DNA of 64,000 nucleotides from a virus, in the IMG/VR virus record IMGVR_UViG_3300044630_001234. One strand, written 5' to 3'. Below, in pieces: positions 25,075 to 35,172 of this stretch (positions are counted from its first letter, which is position 1; every line of letters starts with the position of its first letter). The position numbers were made by a program, and so were the translations under genes. The notes beneath the pieces were generated by a model. That model was not told where the DNA came from. It was given only the letters and a program-made list of their open reading frames with translations, and searched no databases.

Positions 25075-27399
25075 TTATAACTTACATGCTTCGCAGTCAT
25101 CGTCTAATTCTTCATAGACTGTTACTGGTGAAAGTGTAATTGCACTACTTGTATTTGTCATGTCGGCCTTGGCGCCAACCTTATTAATTAAACTATAGTA
25201 TATAGTCTTTAGTCCCCATCTGTAAGCCAGCATTAAGTTTTTGGCAATTACAGTTGCAGGTACTTTGCCTCCTGCATAATTGGCGGGATTATAGAATGTA
25301 TTTGTTGACAAACTCTGATCAATGTAAACAGCCAATACTGAAGCTGTCTTCAAATAGTCAACACAATCTTTCTGATCCCACATTAACTGATAACGGTTCT
25401 TTAATCTCTTGTATTCTGGTACTACCTGTACAAACGATCCTGCCTTTGATTCTTTAACACTAATCATTTCCATGGGCATTTCAATTCCGTTAGTACTATT
25501 TAATACAACTGAACTAGACTCTACCGGAGCCACAGCCATCAATGTAGCATTGCGAATACCATACTTCTTCATACGTGCTCGTAACGGTTCCCAATCCATG
25601 CTGGGTGTAAAGTCAGTGAGTTCATTAACTCCAGCCTTGCGCCTTTCCCAGGGAAATACTCCCTTACCGTAGTAAGTGTACTGACTACGTCCGCATGGGC
25701 CTCGTTCTTGGGCAAGCTCGACACTGGCTTCAGTAAGGTAGTAGGCCTGATGTTCCATCCAACGCTTAACTTCTGCTAATGCTTCAGGAGTTCCATATTT
25801 GAAACTCTTACGAGCATGCCAGTAAGCAAGATTAGTAATGCCGACTCCCAACGGTTCAAAATCTGTATTGGCCAATTTACTTTGTATACTTAGGAAGTCT
25901 TGATAGTTTAATAAGTTACTTAAACTACGAACTAGTACACGACATGCTTTTCTCATCTCTTGCGGATTTCTGAACGCCCCCCAGTTGATTGACCCAAGAG
26001 TGCAAAGAGCAATTCGTCCCTCTGGATCTTCAATTCTTTGGAAAGGTCGGGTGGGTAAAAGTATCTCCTGGCATAGGTTTGATTGATATATTGGGTCCAC
26101 CGTCGTATCAAAGGGACCCTGGTTGATAACGTTGTCGATGTTGACAAGATAAATGCGCCCAGTATCAGTTCTCTCTTTAAGAATTCCATTTTTGAATATC
26201 TCATCTGCCGATACAACTTTCTTTTTCTTTGTCTTATCTTGTTCATATTGTAGATACAACTTTTCAAATTCTGCGCTGTTACGATAGTAGGCTTCGTATA
26301 GGTCTGGAACTTCTGCCGGATCAAATAAACTCATTGTTTCGCCACGCTTATAACGATTCCAGAACATGGCATTAACTACTACACTGTAATCCATTTGGCG
26401 CACACGAGTTTCGTCTGTTCCTTGATTATTTTTAAGTACAATGAGATCTTCAAATTGAGCATGCCACACTGGGAATGTAACCGTACAGCTGGCATTGCGT
26501 ATGCCGCCCTGACTGCATGATCTTAAATCAGCAAACCATTTCTTTAGGAATGGTATCATACCCGTATGTTTGATTTCACCATTGCGAATTGGGGCGCCTA
26601 ACGGTCTGATTCTGCCTATTTCGAGACCAATACCGGCTCGTTTTGAGGCATATTTGGCCATCATTTCGCCTGCGGCGAATATCGAATCAAGGGTATCGTC
26701 ACTGCTAATAAGCACACAACTACTGAACTGTTTAGTTGTAGTACCGAGGCCAGCAAGCACAGGAGTAGCGAGAGTAAAATGACCATCGGACGCACATTCA
26801 TAATATTCCTTTACTAATTTTAATCTAGTTTCTTTAGGTTCACTGTGAAACGCAGTTGCGGCGGCAATAGCGTAACGAACCTGTGGGGTTTCATAAATTT
26901 GTCCTGTAGCACGATTTTGTACAAGATATTTTTCTGCTAGTTGGGCAATGGCAGCAAAAGTGTAACCTTCATCTTTATCGTGATCTAAAAATAAATCAAT
27001 GATCTTCCATTCGTCTTCAGTGTACCAATCTAGTAATTCACTAGTATACATTCCAGATTTAATGTTCTTCTGTACAATTTCATATAGGGGAGGAGGATCG
27101 TATGCACCGTATACTTCTTTGCGTAACATACTAACACGTTGCCTGCCTGCTACATATTGATAGTTAACATTGTTAATTTCTGGGTTTTCAGTTTCGTCAA
27201 TTAAATTAACCATGGCCTTGAGCAATAACTCATCTATGGTCTGAGTAGTCATTCCGTCGTGCAATTCTATTTGTGCTTTAATTTCAATCATTGATGGACT
27301 AACTCCATCAATGCCTCTGCAGCCGTGGGCTACCTGTCTCTGTATTTTTGCGATATCTAACGGGACACGATGCCCATTACGCTTGACCACTGTGATCAT
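25075..27399 (-). CDS. nrdA: ribonucleotide reductase class Ia large subunit
   Basis: 774 aa. ATP-cone N-terminus (VVKRNGHRVPLDIAKI), catalytic region NLCQEILLP ... ALCTLGSIN, C-terminal CEACKL tail Cys pair. Confidence 0.9.
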   Translation of the reverse strand: MITVVKRNGHRVPLDIAKIQRQVAHGCRGIDGVSPSMIEIKAQIELHDGMTTQTIDELLLKAMVNLIDETENPEINNVNYQYVAGRQRVSMLRKEVYGAYDPPPLYEIVQKNIKSGMYTSELLDWYTEDEWKIIDLFLDHDKDEGYTFAAIAQLAEKYLVQNRATGQIYETPQVRYAIAAATAFHSEPKETRLKLVKEYYECASDGHFTLATPVLAGLGTTTKQFSSCVLISSDDTLDSIFAAGEMMAKYASKRAGIGLEIGRIRPLGAPIRNGEIKHTGMIPFLKKWFADLRSCSQGGIRNASCTVTFPVWHAQFEDLIVLKNNQGTDETRVRQMDYSVVVNAMFWNRYKRGETMSLFDPAEVPDLYEAYYRNSAEFEKLYLQYEQDKTKKKKVVSADEIFKNGILKERTDTGRIYLVNIDNVINQGPFDTTVDPIYQSNLCQEILLPTRPFQRIEDPEGRIALCTLGSINWGAFRNPQEMRKACRVLVRSLSNLLNYQDFLSIQSKLANTDFEPLGVGITNLAYWHARKSFKYGTPEALAEVKRWMEHQAYYLTEASVELAQERGPCGRSQYTYYGKGVFPWERRKAGVNELTDFTPSMDWEPLRARMKKYGIRNATLMAVAPVESSSVVLNSTNGIEMPMEMISVKESKAGSFVQVVPEYKRLKNRYQLMWDQKDCVDYLKTASVLAVYIDQSLSTNTFYNPANYAGGKVPATVIAKNLMLAYRWGLKTIYYSLINKVGAKADMTNTSSAITLSPVTVYEELDDDCEACKL

Positions 27400-27433
27400 T
27401 AAGTAACCTCTTTTTATTGTTCTAAGCTGATAT

Positions 27434-27868
27434 TTACCTTGGGGCGCTAACTTCTATTAGATTTTCTAGTCTAAACGAATCAGGCACTTCGGGTAAAAGA
27501 ATTGGCCCATTATCACTGTAGTTTATAACCCAATTGTCATCAATATACAGTAAATTATACTGTCTTATTCGATTAGAGTCAACTAATGTTCTCAGTTCAA
27601 TCTTACTATCTTTAAATTTTTTTGTCAATTTCAAAGTCCAGCCAATCATTAGTGCTTTAGTAAAATCATCATATCTATTTTCTACAATAATTTCCCAAGG
27701 GCTAGGCCAGCTTTTTTGGTAGTACGGGTCTACACTTTTATTATGGGGAGTGAAGGGAGCCAGATGCCAAAAATCCCATACAGTTTGTAAAGGATCTTCA
27801 ACTTCGTCTAACTTTCTTCTATGATCTGCCCACTCTGTTAATCTACTATCTACAGGTTGGTTAAACAT
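27434..27868 (-). CDS. hypothetical protein (144 aa)
   Basis: Track ORF. Confidence 0.5.
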   Translation of the reverse strand: MFNQPVDSRLTEWADHRRKLDEVEDPLQTVWDFWHLAPFTPHNKSVDPYYQKSWPSPWEIIVENRYDDFTKALMIGWTLKLTKKFKDSKIELRTLVDSNRIRQYNLLYIDDNWVINYSDNGPILLPEVPDSFRLENLIEVSAPR

Positions 27869-27875
27869 TTTTTCC

Positions 27876-29642
27876 TTACAGCATTAATCTTGTTTGCATT
27901 TCTACTCGAACAATCGAAGTTAATGTTGGATTAACACCTAATAACTCATAATATTTATAAGTAGGTTCAACAGTAACTCCCCAATATAAGCCGCCGTCAG
28001 ATCCAGATGCGTTGTAGTCATCGTGTAAGCTAACATCGCTCGGAGTAGCGCCTGGCCTGATATAAACTTGTAGAACTCCCATTGTATTGATCAAGCCGTC
28101 ATTTGACGTGCAGTTATATTTTAAATTTAAATATTGTGCTTCGCTAGTTATAGGCAATCTCATGATCGTTGTTGCAGTATTGGCAATTAAAGTCGATGTA
28201 GTTACTGAATTAAGATCTATAGTGGCTCTACCCTCTATTAGTGGATAGTATGTATATGTTGTTCCAAAATTTGAATTTTGAAAAAGTTCTCTGCCAAAAT
28301 AATCATTAACGCTGGCATTGCCTTTAGTTGCAAATTTTATAACAGAAGTTCCTACGCTGTTGCTGCCTTCGACTATTCCTTGATCCCCAACTCTAATAAA
28401 AGAATTATTTTCGCTAACGTGGAAAGTGGCTGCGCCGTTTCTATTAGGTCCGACAAAAATTCCTTGATTGTAAATATTTTGAAATTTGTTGTTTACAATT
28501 CTAGCATAGGTAGGTCCGTTAGTTGCTACTACGTTGGTAGTAGTACTGAATGCGGTGCCGTATGTTGAATAGTTAAAACTATTATTTTGAATTACAATAT
28601 TGTTAGTATCATAATTTGATCTGACGCCATAATATAGCCCTTCAAACTGACATTTGTCAATTAGAATGTTTTCAGAGGTACATGCATTGTATCCCCTAAT
28701 GTCTATTCCTGTGTAGCCTGGTCCAACAGCTGGGTTGAGTAAGGACGTATATGTTCCTTGAAATTTTACTTCCCGAATAATTGCATTATCTACACAGTCT
28801 AAACTTATAAGAGCTAAGTTCGGATTAGACGGACTAGACACAGTGTATCGAAGGGTCATGCCTTCAATGTGAATATTCTTAGGTTGGCCTGGACCAGTTA
28901 TTGACAGTGTTAGACTGCTTGTATTAAGAGCGTCAAACTCTCCGTGGTCGTAATTATTTTCTGAATGTTCACTTCTTCTGCCCTTCCAGTCAACAGTTTG
29001 AAAAATACCACTACCTGCTGTAATATCTTCAATGATAGTTTTGTCTATGCCTTCACCAATAATAACTGTATCTCTAGGAATCTTTAATGTCTGTCCTATC
29101 TTATAGATACCTGCAGGGAAGAATAATTTTTTATTATATCGCAACGATACTTCAGTATCGTACTGAGTAGCAGTATTGTAGATATCCATGTCTAGAAATA
29201 AATGATCAATAGCTGTTTGTAAGGCAATGCTGCAATCAATAGAATCAGTTGCTGTAGTACCAACTACTCCAAAATCTGCAACACTGACAAAATCGTCTAA
29301 TTTATTCTGTACACTTCTTGTAACTCTATCATTAACGGTTGGTGCAAATCCTAATATATAAGTTGAGGAAGTAATTGTTTCTGACTGATCAATATTCCAG
29401 ACATAATTTGTTGTAGTATTGAGCATTCCACTAGATACAAAACTAGTGAATAAACGAACATCGTTTTCAGTCAATACTCGTATATTAGCATCACGAGCTC
29501 CGCCGTCTTCTCTTTTTAAACCAATGTATAAGGTTTCATTATCTGTTGCCCAAGCAAATTCACCACCTGCTAGCTGCGGAATGCCTGTTTGATTTTCTTG
29601 TCCTCTTCGGACTTGTATTTTTGCTATCTCAATAACGGCCAT
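27876..29642 (-). CDS. tail-fibre/tailspike-like protein with an N-terminal 'QxRRG' module and a parallel beta-helix (pectin-lyase fold) core
   Basis: N-terminus MAVIEIAKIQVRRGQENQTGIPQLAGGEFAWATDNETLYIG (Mtd-N / tail-fibre N-domain signature). Repetitive N-x-x-I-x-N beta-helix rungs (IVIQNNSF, IVNNKFQNIYNQGIFVG). Confidence 0.6.
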   Translation of the reverse strand: MAVIEIAKIQVRRGQENQTGIPQLAGGEFAWATDNETLYIGLKREDGGARDANIRVLTENDVRLFTSFVSSGMLNTTTNYVWNIDQSETITSSTYILGFAPTVNDRVTRSVQNKLDDFVSVADFGVVGTTATDSIDCSIALQTAIDHLFLDMDIYNTATQYDTEVSLRYNKKLFFPAGIYKIGQTLKIPRDTVIIGEGIDKTIIEDITAGSGIFQTVDWKGRRSEHSENNYDHGEFDALNTSSLTLSITGPGQPKNIHIEGMTLRYTVSSPSNPNLALISLDCVDNAIIREVKFQGTYTSLLNPAVGPGYTGIDIRGYNACTSENILIDKCQFEGLYYGVRSNYDTNNIVIQNNSFNYSTYGTAFSTTTNVVATNGPTYARIVNNKFQNIYNQGIFVGPNRNGAATFHVSENNSFIRVGDQGIVEGSNSVGTSVIKFATKGNASVNDYFGRELFQNSNFGTTYTYYPLIEGRATIDLNSVTTSTLIANTATTIMRLPITSEAQYLNLKYNCTSNDGLINTMGVLQVYIRPGATPSDVSLHDDYNASGSDGGLYWGVTVEPTYKYYELLGVNPTLTSIVRVEMQTRLML

Positions 29643-29682
29643 GGAAATATCCCCTGTATGGGATATTTATGCGTTGAGATGC

Positions 29683-30405
29683 TTACTTAGCCAAGGCGTA
29701 GTATTCTTCTACTTTAGTAAGCCACATATCCTGATACTTGTTAAAATCTTCAGATTTTAGATCAAACTGCTGATACACTTCACCGCCTACTTTAATGCTG
29801 TCATCCCCACGACTACACATAAAGATAACGCCTCGACGCATATCAGTACCGTAAACTGCATTATGTGCCATAATGTAAGCCATTAGCTGTAAGTAGTAAT
29901 CTTCAACCCACTCTGCTTTCTTAGGCTTATTTGTCTGCTTGTGATCGCATACAGCAGGAACACCCTCGTATACACCCACTAGGTCAGTAGTTCCACTATA
30001 TAAACCTGGAAAGTATAAACTTTGTTCCATGGCCCATACTTCATCCATTTTGCTTAGGCCGTTAAGGATAATTTGATCTGCCATTGCATTGGCTTTGATA
30101 TGAACTGGGTTATTACCCGGCTGTCGTTGCTCTCCAATTAGGAAACGTTCTAAATTGGCGTGCATTGCTGTTCCAACTCCAGCAGCCTCTGTAGTAATTT
30201 GTTGTGCTTTCTCAACACCAACACGTTTCTTCCATTCGTTTAAGTGTGTCATATCCTTAGTTGCCGAAAGGATAGTAGTAACGCTAGGTAGGCTCTCCCC
30301 ATCCGGTGTACGATATACACGTTTGCGAGTAACAGGATCATTAACCTGTACGCAGTTTTTATATTGGAATCGTTCAACGAACGGAGGGGGAGTATAGATT
30401 GTCAT
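29683..30405 (-). CDS. putative PD-(D/E)xK nuclease (YqaJ/lambda-exonuclease-like)
   Basis: TDLVGVYEG...AVCDHKQ matches the D...E.K catalytic triad pattern. Low certainty. Confidence 0.45.
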   Translation of the reverse strand: MTIYTPPPFVERFQYKNCVQVNDPVTRKRVYRTPDGESLPSVTTILSATKDMTHLNEWKKRVGVEKAQQITTEAAGVGTAMHANLERFLIGEQRQPGNNPVHIKANAMADQIILNGLSKMDEVWAMEQSLYFPGLYSGTTDLVGVYEGVPAVCDHKQTNKPKKAEWVEDYYLQLMAYIMAHNAVYGTDMRRGVIFMCSRGDDSIKVGGEVYQQFDLKSEDFNKYQDMWLTKVEEYYALAK

Positions 30406-30437
30406 AAACTTAATTATAACAACTTTAACTCAGGATG

Positions 30438-30782
30438 TCAAATATTTGGCTTTAATTGTTTGGCATTGCTAGATGCCATGGCCGATACAGCAGGGCTAGC
30501 GCCTACTTCAGCTGGTTGTTCTTTGTCTTGATTGGCTGTTTTGGTCTTTAGTAAGACAGCGCCATTATCTAATATATCGGCAATAACGTCACCGGCTGGG
30601 TCAACTGCATTTTTAAGTGCAATTAATCCATCCGGTGTACTGATACCTAAGCCAAACGGTTTAATCAATTTCATAACAACGGCAAATGGCAAAGTTGAAC
30701 TTTGCCCTGCCCTGTTTGCTTGACCTTGTAGAACTGCTAGAACATCTCTAGCACTGCCTAGGTCTACTTCTAATAATCTCAT
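30438..30782 (-). CDS. hypothetical protein (114 aa)
   Basis: Track ORF. Confidence 0.45.
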   Translation of the reverse strand: MRLLEVDLGSARDVLAVLQGQANRAGQSSTLPFAVVMKLIKPFGLGISTPDGLIALKNAVDPAGDVIADILDNGAVLLKTKTANQDKEQPAEVGASPAVSAMASSNAKQLKPNI

Positions 30783-32260
30783 TTAGCTAATTTAGATAGG
30801 ATAGAGTGGCTTTCAGCTAGCTTGCGAGCAAACTTGCTTTCACGCATTTCACGACCAGTTGTGCCCATGCCTGCGGCTGCATCACTGGCACCAAACTCAT
30901 CAGCTGGCGCATTCATTTCATCAGGAGCTGCCATATCCATACCTGGCTCTGGAGGCATATCCATACCTGGCTCCATGCCCATTGCGGCATCTGGAGTGGC
31001 TTCACCTGCTAGTACAGCAACAGCATTGCTTACTGCTTCACGTTGTTGTGTTAGTACTTCTAGGGTAGCACTCAGTGCTGGTCCAACTGCTTGCTTGAAA
31101 GTTTCTGCTTCTGCTGCTCCGAAGTCAGCTTTGATAGCATCTGCTAGTTCAATCATTGTCTTGGTCTGATACTGACCAACACGTTGCATCCATGATGTGT
31201 AATCATTGACCATATCGCCGGCAGCGGTAATGGCCTTAGCCTTACCTTCTTCGTCTTCTTGTAACAAGAAACCAATGCTTTCATTAACAAACCTAACATT
31301 GTGTTTGAATTGGCTTTCTTTAACCATATTCTTTTTGCAATCAGCTACCATTTGTTTTAATTCTTTTTGGTCGCAATCGGGATGCATTTTGCAAATCTCT
31401 GCTACGGATTTTCCGTCTTTACACATTTTCTTAACGTGTGTCATTGATGGTAATTTGCCGTCAGCTTCTTCCATGCCTTCTTTAACTTTCTTGGCTTTCT
31501 TATCGCTGTCAGGTGCCTTAGGAGCATCTTGGCCGCCATAGTTCTTACCAGCTGTGTGTTTTAGGCCTGTGGCAGTTTTAGTAATCTCGCCGCCTGTGCT
31601 AGACTTTTTCTTTTCGCCTTGCTTCATACCAGCTGTACCAGCGGCTGCTTTCTTGGCATCGTCAACTGTTGGGAAACCTTCTTTAACTTTAGCAAAAGGA
31701 TTAACGCCTTTCTTAGGACCTTCTTTCTTGCTAGCAACTGCTTTTTTCATTGGCTCTTTCTTGTCGCCATCTTTGTCCATGTCTAAGAAATCGGGCTTTG
31801 CACTTTCTTCAAATGGCTTGCCTGCCTTAGCAGCGGCTTTCTTACGACTGCCCATAACTTCAGCTTTAGGGCTTTCTTTCTTGCCGTCGCCATCATAATC
31901 TTTAGCGGCTGTGCCGGCAGCGTGAATCTTATACTTAGGTGCTTTAACACCCTTTTTAGCCTCGCTTAGTTGTGACATTTTGTCACGTAGTTTTTGCATT
32001 TGTTCGCCTAGCATTTCTTTAATCCTTGTGTTTAGCAAGGCTAGCATAGCCTTGTCTTTTTGGTATGTTTCATTGGTTAGCAAATCATTAATACCTGCCT
32101 TACCTTCTTGCTGGAACACTCGAGTACGAAGTTTATTTCGCATGTCTTCTAGTTGTTCTCTAGAATACTTAGTAAAGTTGACATTGACGCCAAACATTTT
32201 ATTCATATTCTCTTTTAGTTGAGAGCTTGTAGGGTTGTTTCTAAAATCGCTTGTCTTCAT
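30779..32260 (-). CDS. Lys/Ala/Gly-rich low-complexity protein (493 aa); candidate internal virion, ejection or scaffold protein
   Basis: Long KKxxK/AAK/GDKKE low-complexity stretches, coiled-coil N-terminus, PGMDM repeats near the C-terminus. Confidence 0.55.
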   Translation of the reverse strand: MKTSDFRNNPTSSQLKENMNKMFGVNVNFTKYSREQLEDMRNKLRTRVFQQEGKAGINDLLTNETYQKDKAMLALLNTRIKEMLGEQMQKLRDKMSQLSEAKKGVKAPKYKIHAAGTAAKDYDGDGKKESPKAEVMGSRKKAAAKAGKPFEESAKPDFLDMDKDGDKKEPMKKAVASKKEGPKKGVNPFAKVKEGFPTVDDAKKAAAGTAGMKQGEKKKSSTGGEITKTATGLKHTAGKNYGGQDAPKAPDSDKKAKKVKEGMEEADGKLPSMTHVKKMCKDGKSVAEICKMHPDCDQKELKQMVADCKKNMVKESQFKHNVRFVNESIGFLLQEDEEGKAKAITAAGDMVNDYTSWMQRVGQYQTKTMIELADAIKADFGAAEAETFKQAVGPALSATLEVLTQQREAVSNAVAVLAGEATPDAAMGMEPGMDMPPEPGMDMAAPDEMNAPADEFGASDAAAGMGTTGREMRESKFARKLAESHSILSKLAK

Positions 32261-32289
32261 ATATGTTCCAAAAGAATGATTAAATTTAT

Positions 32290-32760
32290 TTATCTAAACC
32301 GCATCAGTTTGTCAAAGCCATTGAATATAGTCTTTCTATGCTGTTCTTTTCGGTGTTTTGCAATATTAAATTTAGTAAACATTACATCTGCTCGATCTAC
32401 GTTGTTGGACTTTAAATTACGTTCTGCTAGGGTTAAATGCAGTTCTTCTTCAAATAGTGCATGTCCGTATCCACGGTCAGCATCCAATAATTCATCATCT
32501 AGATACTTGCCCAATGCTAGTCTATTGGCTAGCATAGCAGCAGTTTGTGGTAAATTTATAAATTCAACAACTGCTTCATTACTATAGTTTAAAATGCTAT
32601 AGAAGCCAGTTTTGTTTCTTTTGATTGTATAGTAGCCTACCCGTATTAAACCATCAGGTGTTTTAGTAGGGACGACAATCCCCTGGCGCTTTAATTGTTC
32701 TTTAACATCAAGGCCAAGTTGCTTAACTTTCTTGTAGATGTCATCAGGAGTTTGTTTCAT
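32290..32760 (-). CDS. hypothetical protein (156 aa)
   Basis: Track ORF. Confidence 0.5.
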   Translation of the reverse strand: MKQTPDDIYKKVKQLGLDVKEQLKRQGIVVPTKTPDGLIRVGYYTIKRNKTGFYSILNYSNEAVVEFINLPQTAAMLANRLALGKYLDDELLDADRGYGHALFEEELHLTLAERNLKSNNVDRADVMFTKFNIAKHRKEQHRKTIFNGFDKLMRFR

Positions 32761-32953
32761 TTATATTCTTTATCAGCGTTCGGCTATCATTACTTATTGT
32801 ATATATGCCTTTCCTGACAAGGTTCTGAGCCAACCATTGGTCGTGTTCGCCTAGACTATTAATAGAAACTTTAGTGCTATGGCTTTCGATGAACTGTTGT
32901 TCTTGATTAGTTATAGCGATACTGGTACCCGAAAGTAATTGTGCTATTTTCAT
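32744..32953 (-). CDS. hypothetical protein (69 aa)
   Basis: Track ORF. Confidence 0.4.
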   Translation of the reverse strand: MKIAQLLSGTSIAITNQEQQFIESHSTKVSINSLGEHDQWLAQNLVRKGIYTISNDSRTLIKNINETNS

Positions 32954-32954
32954 A

Positions 32955-33374
32955 TTAAACTCCCGGAACTGGAGCTCCGCCAGTAGGCGGTGTACTACCT
33001 GCCGGTGCAGCGGCGCCTTCGGGTTTTTTACTCATAATTGTTTTCATTAGTCCTGCCATCTGTGTAGGCAAGCCTGGTTTGGAAATAGTGGCTTTGGCAT
33101 AATCGCCAAGTACTTTTTCTTGGTCAGGAGTTAGTTGTTGTTTTTGTTGTATAGCTGTAAACGCTTTGAGAAAGTCATCTGAGCTGTTTACATTAATTTG
33201 ATTTTGTTTTAACAGTTGATCTAATTGCTTACTGTTAGGATCTGTTTCCGGCTGACCTGGAGCAGAAGTAGCCGGCTTTTGAGCTGTACTTTGTACCGGT
33301 TGGCTTGTGGGCATTGTAGAGGAACCTGTAGTTCCTATAGGGCCTTGCTCTGATATGAGGTCTGATATACGCAT
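32955..33374 (-). CDS. Pro/Gln/Gly-rich hypothetical protein (139 aa)
   Basis: Track ORF. Low complexity. Confidence 0.45.
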   Translation of the reverse strand: MRISDLISEQGPIGTTGSSTMPTSQPVQSTAQKPATSAPGQPETDPNSKQLDQLLKQNQINVNSSDDFLKAFTAIQQKQQLTPDQEKVLGDYAKATISKPGLPTQMAGLMKTIMSKKPEGAAAPAGSTPPTGGAPVPGV

Positions 33375-33679
33375 TATTTTATAAGTGTTAAAATGGTTTC
33401 AGCATGTGCAGATGCCCAACTTACTACCACAGCACCGCCAGCAATCATATATACCCACTTTTGCTTCCACTTCTCTAATTCTGTAATTTTAGTTGCAAGT
33501 TCGGCATGTTGATTACAAGACGCTGAATACATGTCGTCTAATTTACCTATTAGACTATCTCTTGTGTTATCAAGACAATCATGCATCTCTTTAACGTCTG
33601 TCTTGAGGTCGTCAAGTTTTCCGTTCAAATTCTCAACTTTGGTTTCAACTATACCAATTCGTTCTACTGTAGTGGCCAT
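33374..33679 (-). CDS. coiled-coil protein with a C-terminal TM anchor (101 aa)
   Basis: Heptad region followed by WVYMIAGGAVVVSWASAHAETILTLI. Tail-anchored topology. Confidence 0.45.
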   Translation of the reverse strand: MATTVERIGIVETKVENLNGKLDDLKTDVKEMHDCLDNTRDSLIGKLDDMYSASCNQHAELATKITELEKWKQKWVYMIAGGAVVVSWASAHAETILTLIK

Positions 33680-33724
33680 TTAGGCTATCTCCTTAAGTTG
33701 TGTAATACCTACTAATGCGGTGCC

Positions 33725-34153
33725 TTAAATGGTGCCTTGGAGTGCCTTGATGATTGTGTTTTTAGTTGCAGAATCTTTTAATTCAAAGATCGGCTTGACT
33801 ATATTTATAGTTTCTGTTAATTTTTGGATAACGGGAACACTGTGTACGTCTTCAATTAAACTGCCAATGACGTTGCCGTCATCGCTGACATATACACCTG
33901 ATCGGTCAGGAACAAATCTAAATGTCCATACAGCATGTTTACCTTTAAACTCTGTGCCAAATCCTAGACCTTTAACATCCTTGACTTCCATCTGCGGGGC
34001 AGTGTCGTAGGTTATAATGGATCTGATTTCGACGCATTGTTTAAGTGTAGTAAAGTTTCTATGTTGATCGTGTTCAAGCTGACTGCCCTGTTTAGGTCTT
34101 GCAACCTTAGTGTCGGTGATATCGACTAATGTTTGTATTTCAATAACTTGCAT
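33725..34153 (-). CDS. hypothetical protein (142 aa)
   Basis: Track ORF. Confidence 0.5.
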   Translation of the reverse strand: MQVIEIQTLVDITDTKVARPKQGSQLEHDQHRNFTTLKQCVEIRSIITYDTAPQMEVKDVKGLGFGTEFKGKHAVWTFRFVPDRSGVYVSDDGNVIGSLIEDVHSVPVIQKLTETINIVKPIFELKDSATKNTIIKALQGTI

Positions 34154-34179
34154 AAAGTACCTATATAATTATAGATATT

Positions 34180-34212
34180 TATGTCAAAAGAAAAGGCGTA
34201 TAAAAATACGCC
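34180..34212 (-). terminator. rho-independent terminator after the 130-aa gene
   Basis: On the minus strand: GGCGTATttttATACGCC followed by TTTTCTTTTGAC. Confidence 0.55.
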
Positions 34213-34232
34213 TTTGTCACTTAATTTAAAAA

Positions 34233-34625
34233 TTAAATGTTTGTTGCAACACCAGCAACTACTGATGTAGAAGCGTTATCTACGCTTTGTAGGTTACCAG
34301 AAGCCTGAACTAGGTCTTCTAAGTGAGCAGCGAAAGTTTCGCTGTTTGTGCCATCCCAGTAGTCAGTACCGAAGTTGCCACCAAGTGCAACAACACCGAT
34401 AGAAATTTCTGTGTTGCTGTTCTGTGGGCTACCGATGATTTCGATAGAGCAAACTTGAGCAATAGCGTCAAGTGCTGCTACAACTGGTGAACGAACACCA
34501 GCGGCTGTTGCACCTAACTTAGCGTTGATAGCGCTTGGAAATGTCAACGTGAAAAACTGTAGTGTTGGTCCGTTCTTGAAAAGTGGTAATACAACCTTTT
34601 CGTTCTTTTTAATTTGTTCTGCCAT
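34233..34625 (-). CDS. hypothetical small protein (130 aa) with a strong Shine-Dalgarno site and its own terminator; candidate abundant virion component
   Basis: AAGGAG site 9 nt upstream of the ATG. Ala/Gly/Val-rich, beta-type composition. Confidence 0.5.
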   Translation of the reverse strand: MAEQIKKNEKVVLPLFKNGPTLQFFTLTFPSAINAKLGATAAGVRSPVVAALDAIAQVCSIEIIGSPQNSNTEISIGVVALGGNFGTDYWDGTNSETFAAHLEDLVQASGNLQSVDNASTSVVAGVATNI

Positions 34626-34718
34626 TTTAATGGTCTCCTTGATCTTTTTTTTAAGCTCCCCTATGGAACTTGTATGTTTTTATTTAGTCTTTTTAGAAAA
34701 AAATACCTGTTATGGCCA

Positions 34719-35141
34719 TTAATCTTCTTCTTTTACATCGCCTTCGATAATCTTAAGACTACGAGTAGTTTCTTTTATATCTCGAGCCTTGCGTATGCCT
34801 CGAGTAAACTTACTAGGATCACTGCCTTTAATGCTGTTAATAAACCTACGTTCTAATTCGTAGGCCTGCTCAGGCGGGAAATTTTCTTTGATTGTTGCCA
34901 GAAGATTAATGGCACTATTGATAACATGCGTGGCTCTAGACTCTATTACTGCTTCATTGTCTTTTTTGAATGTAATTGAGTTTAGTTCTTCTAGAAGACT
35001 TTTTGTGGCTCTTTTCAAGTTAGTATCCTTTGCAATATTTAGCGAATTTGTAATCATAGTATAGCATAATGATTGGAGGAATAAAACCTTGTAAATTGTG
35101 CGGTCGCAATATATAATATATAAATACTCAGTAGAAACCAT
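34719..35141 (-). CDS. hypothetical protein (start uncertain: 35141 or the internal Met at ~35057)
   Basis: Track ORF. The N-terminal extension would overlap the plus-strand promoter. Confidence 0.4.
   Translation of the reverse strand: MVSTEYLYIIYCDRTIYKVLFLQSLCYTMITNSLNIAKDTNLKRATKSLLEELNSITFKKDNEAVIESRATHVINSAINLLATIKENFPPEQAYELERRFINSIKGSDPSKFTRGIRKARDIKETTRSLKIIEGDVKEED
35082..35115 (+). promoter_or_regulatory. sigma70-like promoter for the plus-strand island
   Basis: TTGTAA-17 nt-TATAAT (ttgtaaattgtgcggtcgcaatatataat). Confidence 0.5.
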
Positions 35142-35172
35142 GAGTCTCTACAGTTTAACACACAGGAAAAAT

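Noticed and set aside
27876-29642. Diversity-generating retroelement target (Mtd-like N-domain on the 588-aa fibre)
   Set aside because: No reverse transcriptase, no template/variable repeat pair with adenine-specific mismatches, and no C-type-lectin C-terminus are visible in the window. Only the N-terminal anchor module is shared.
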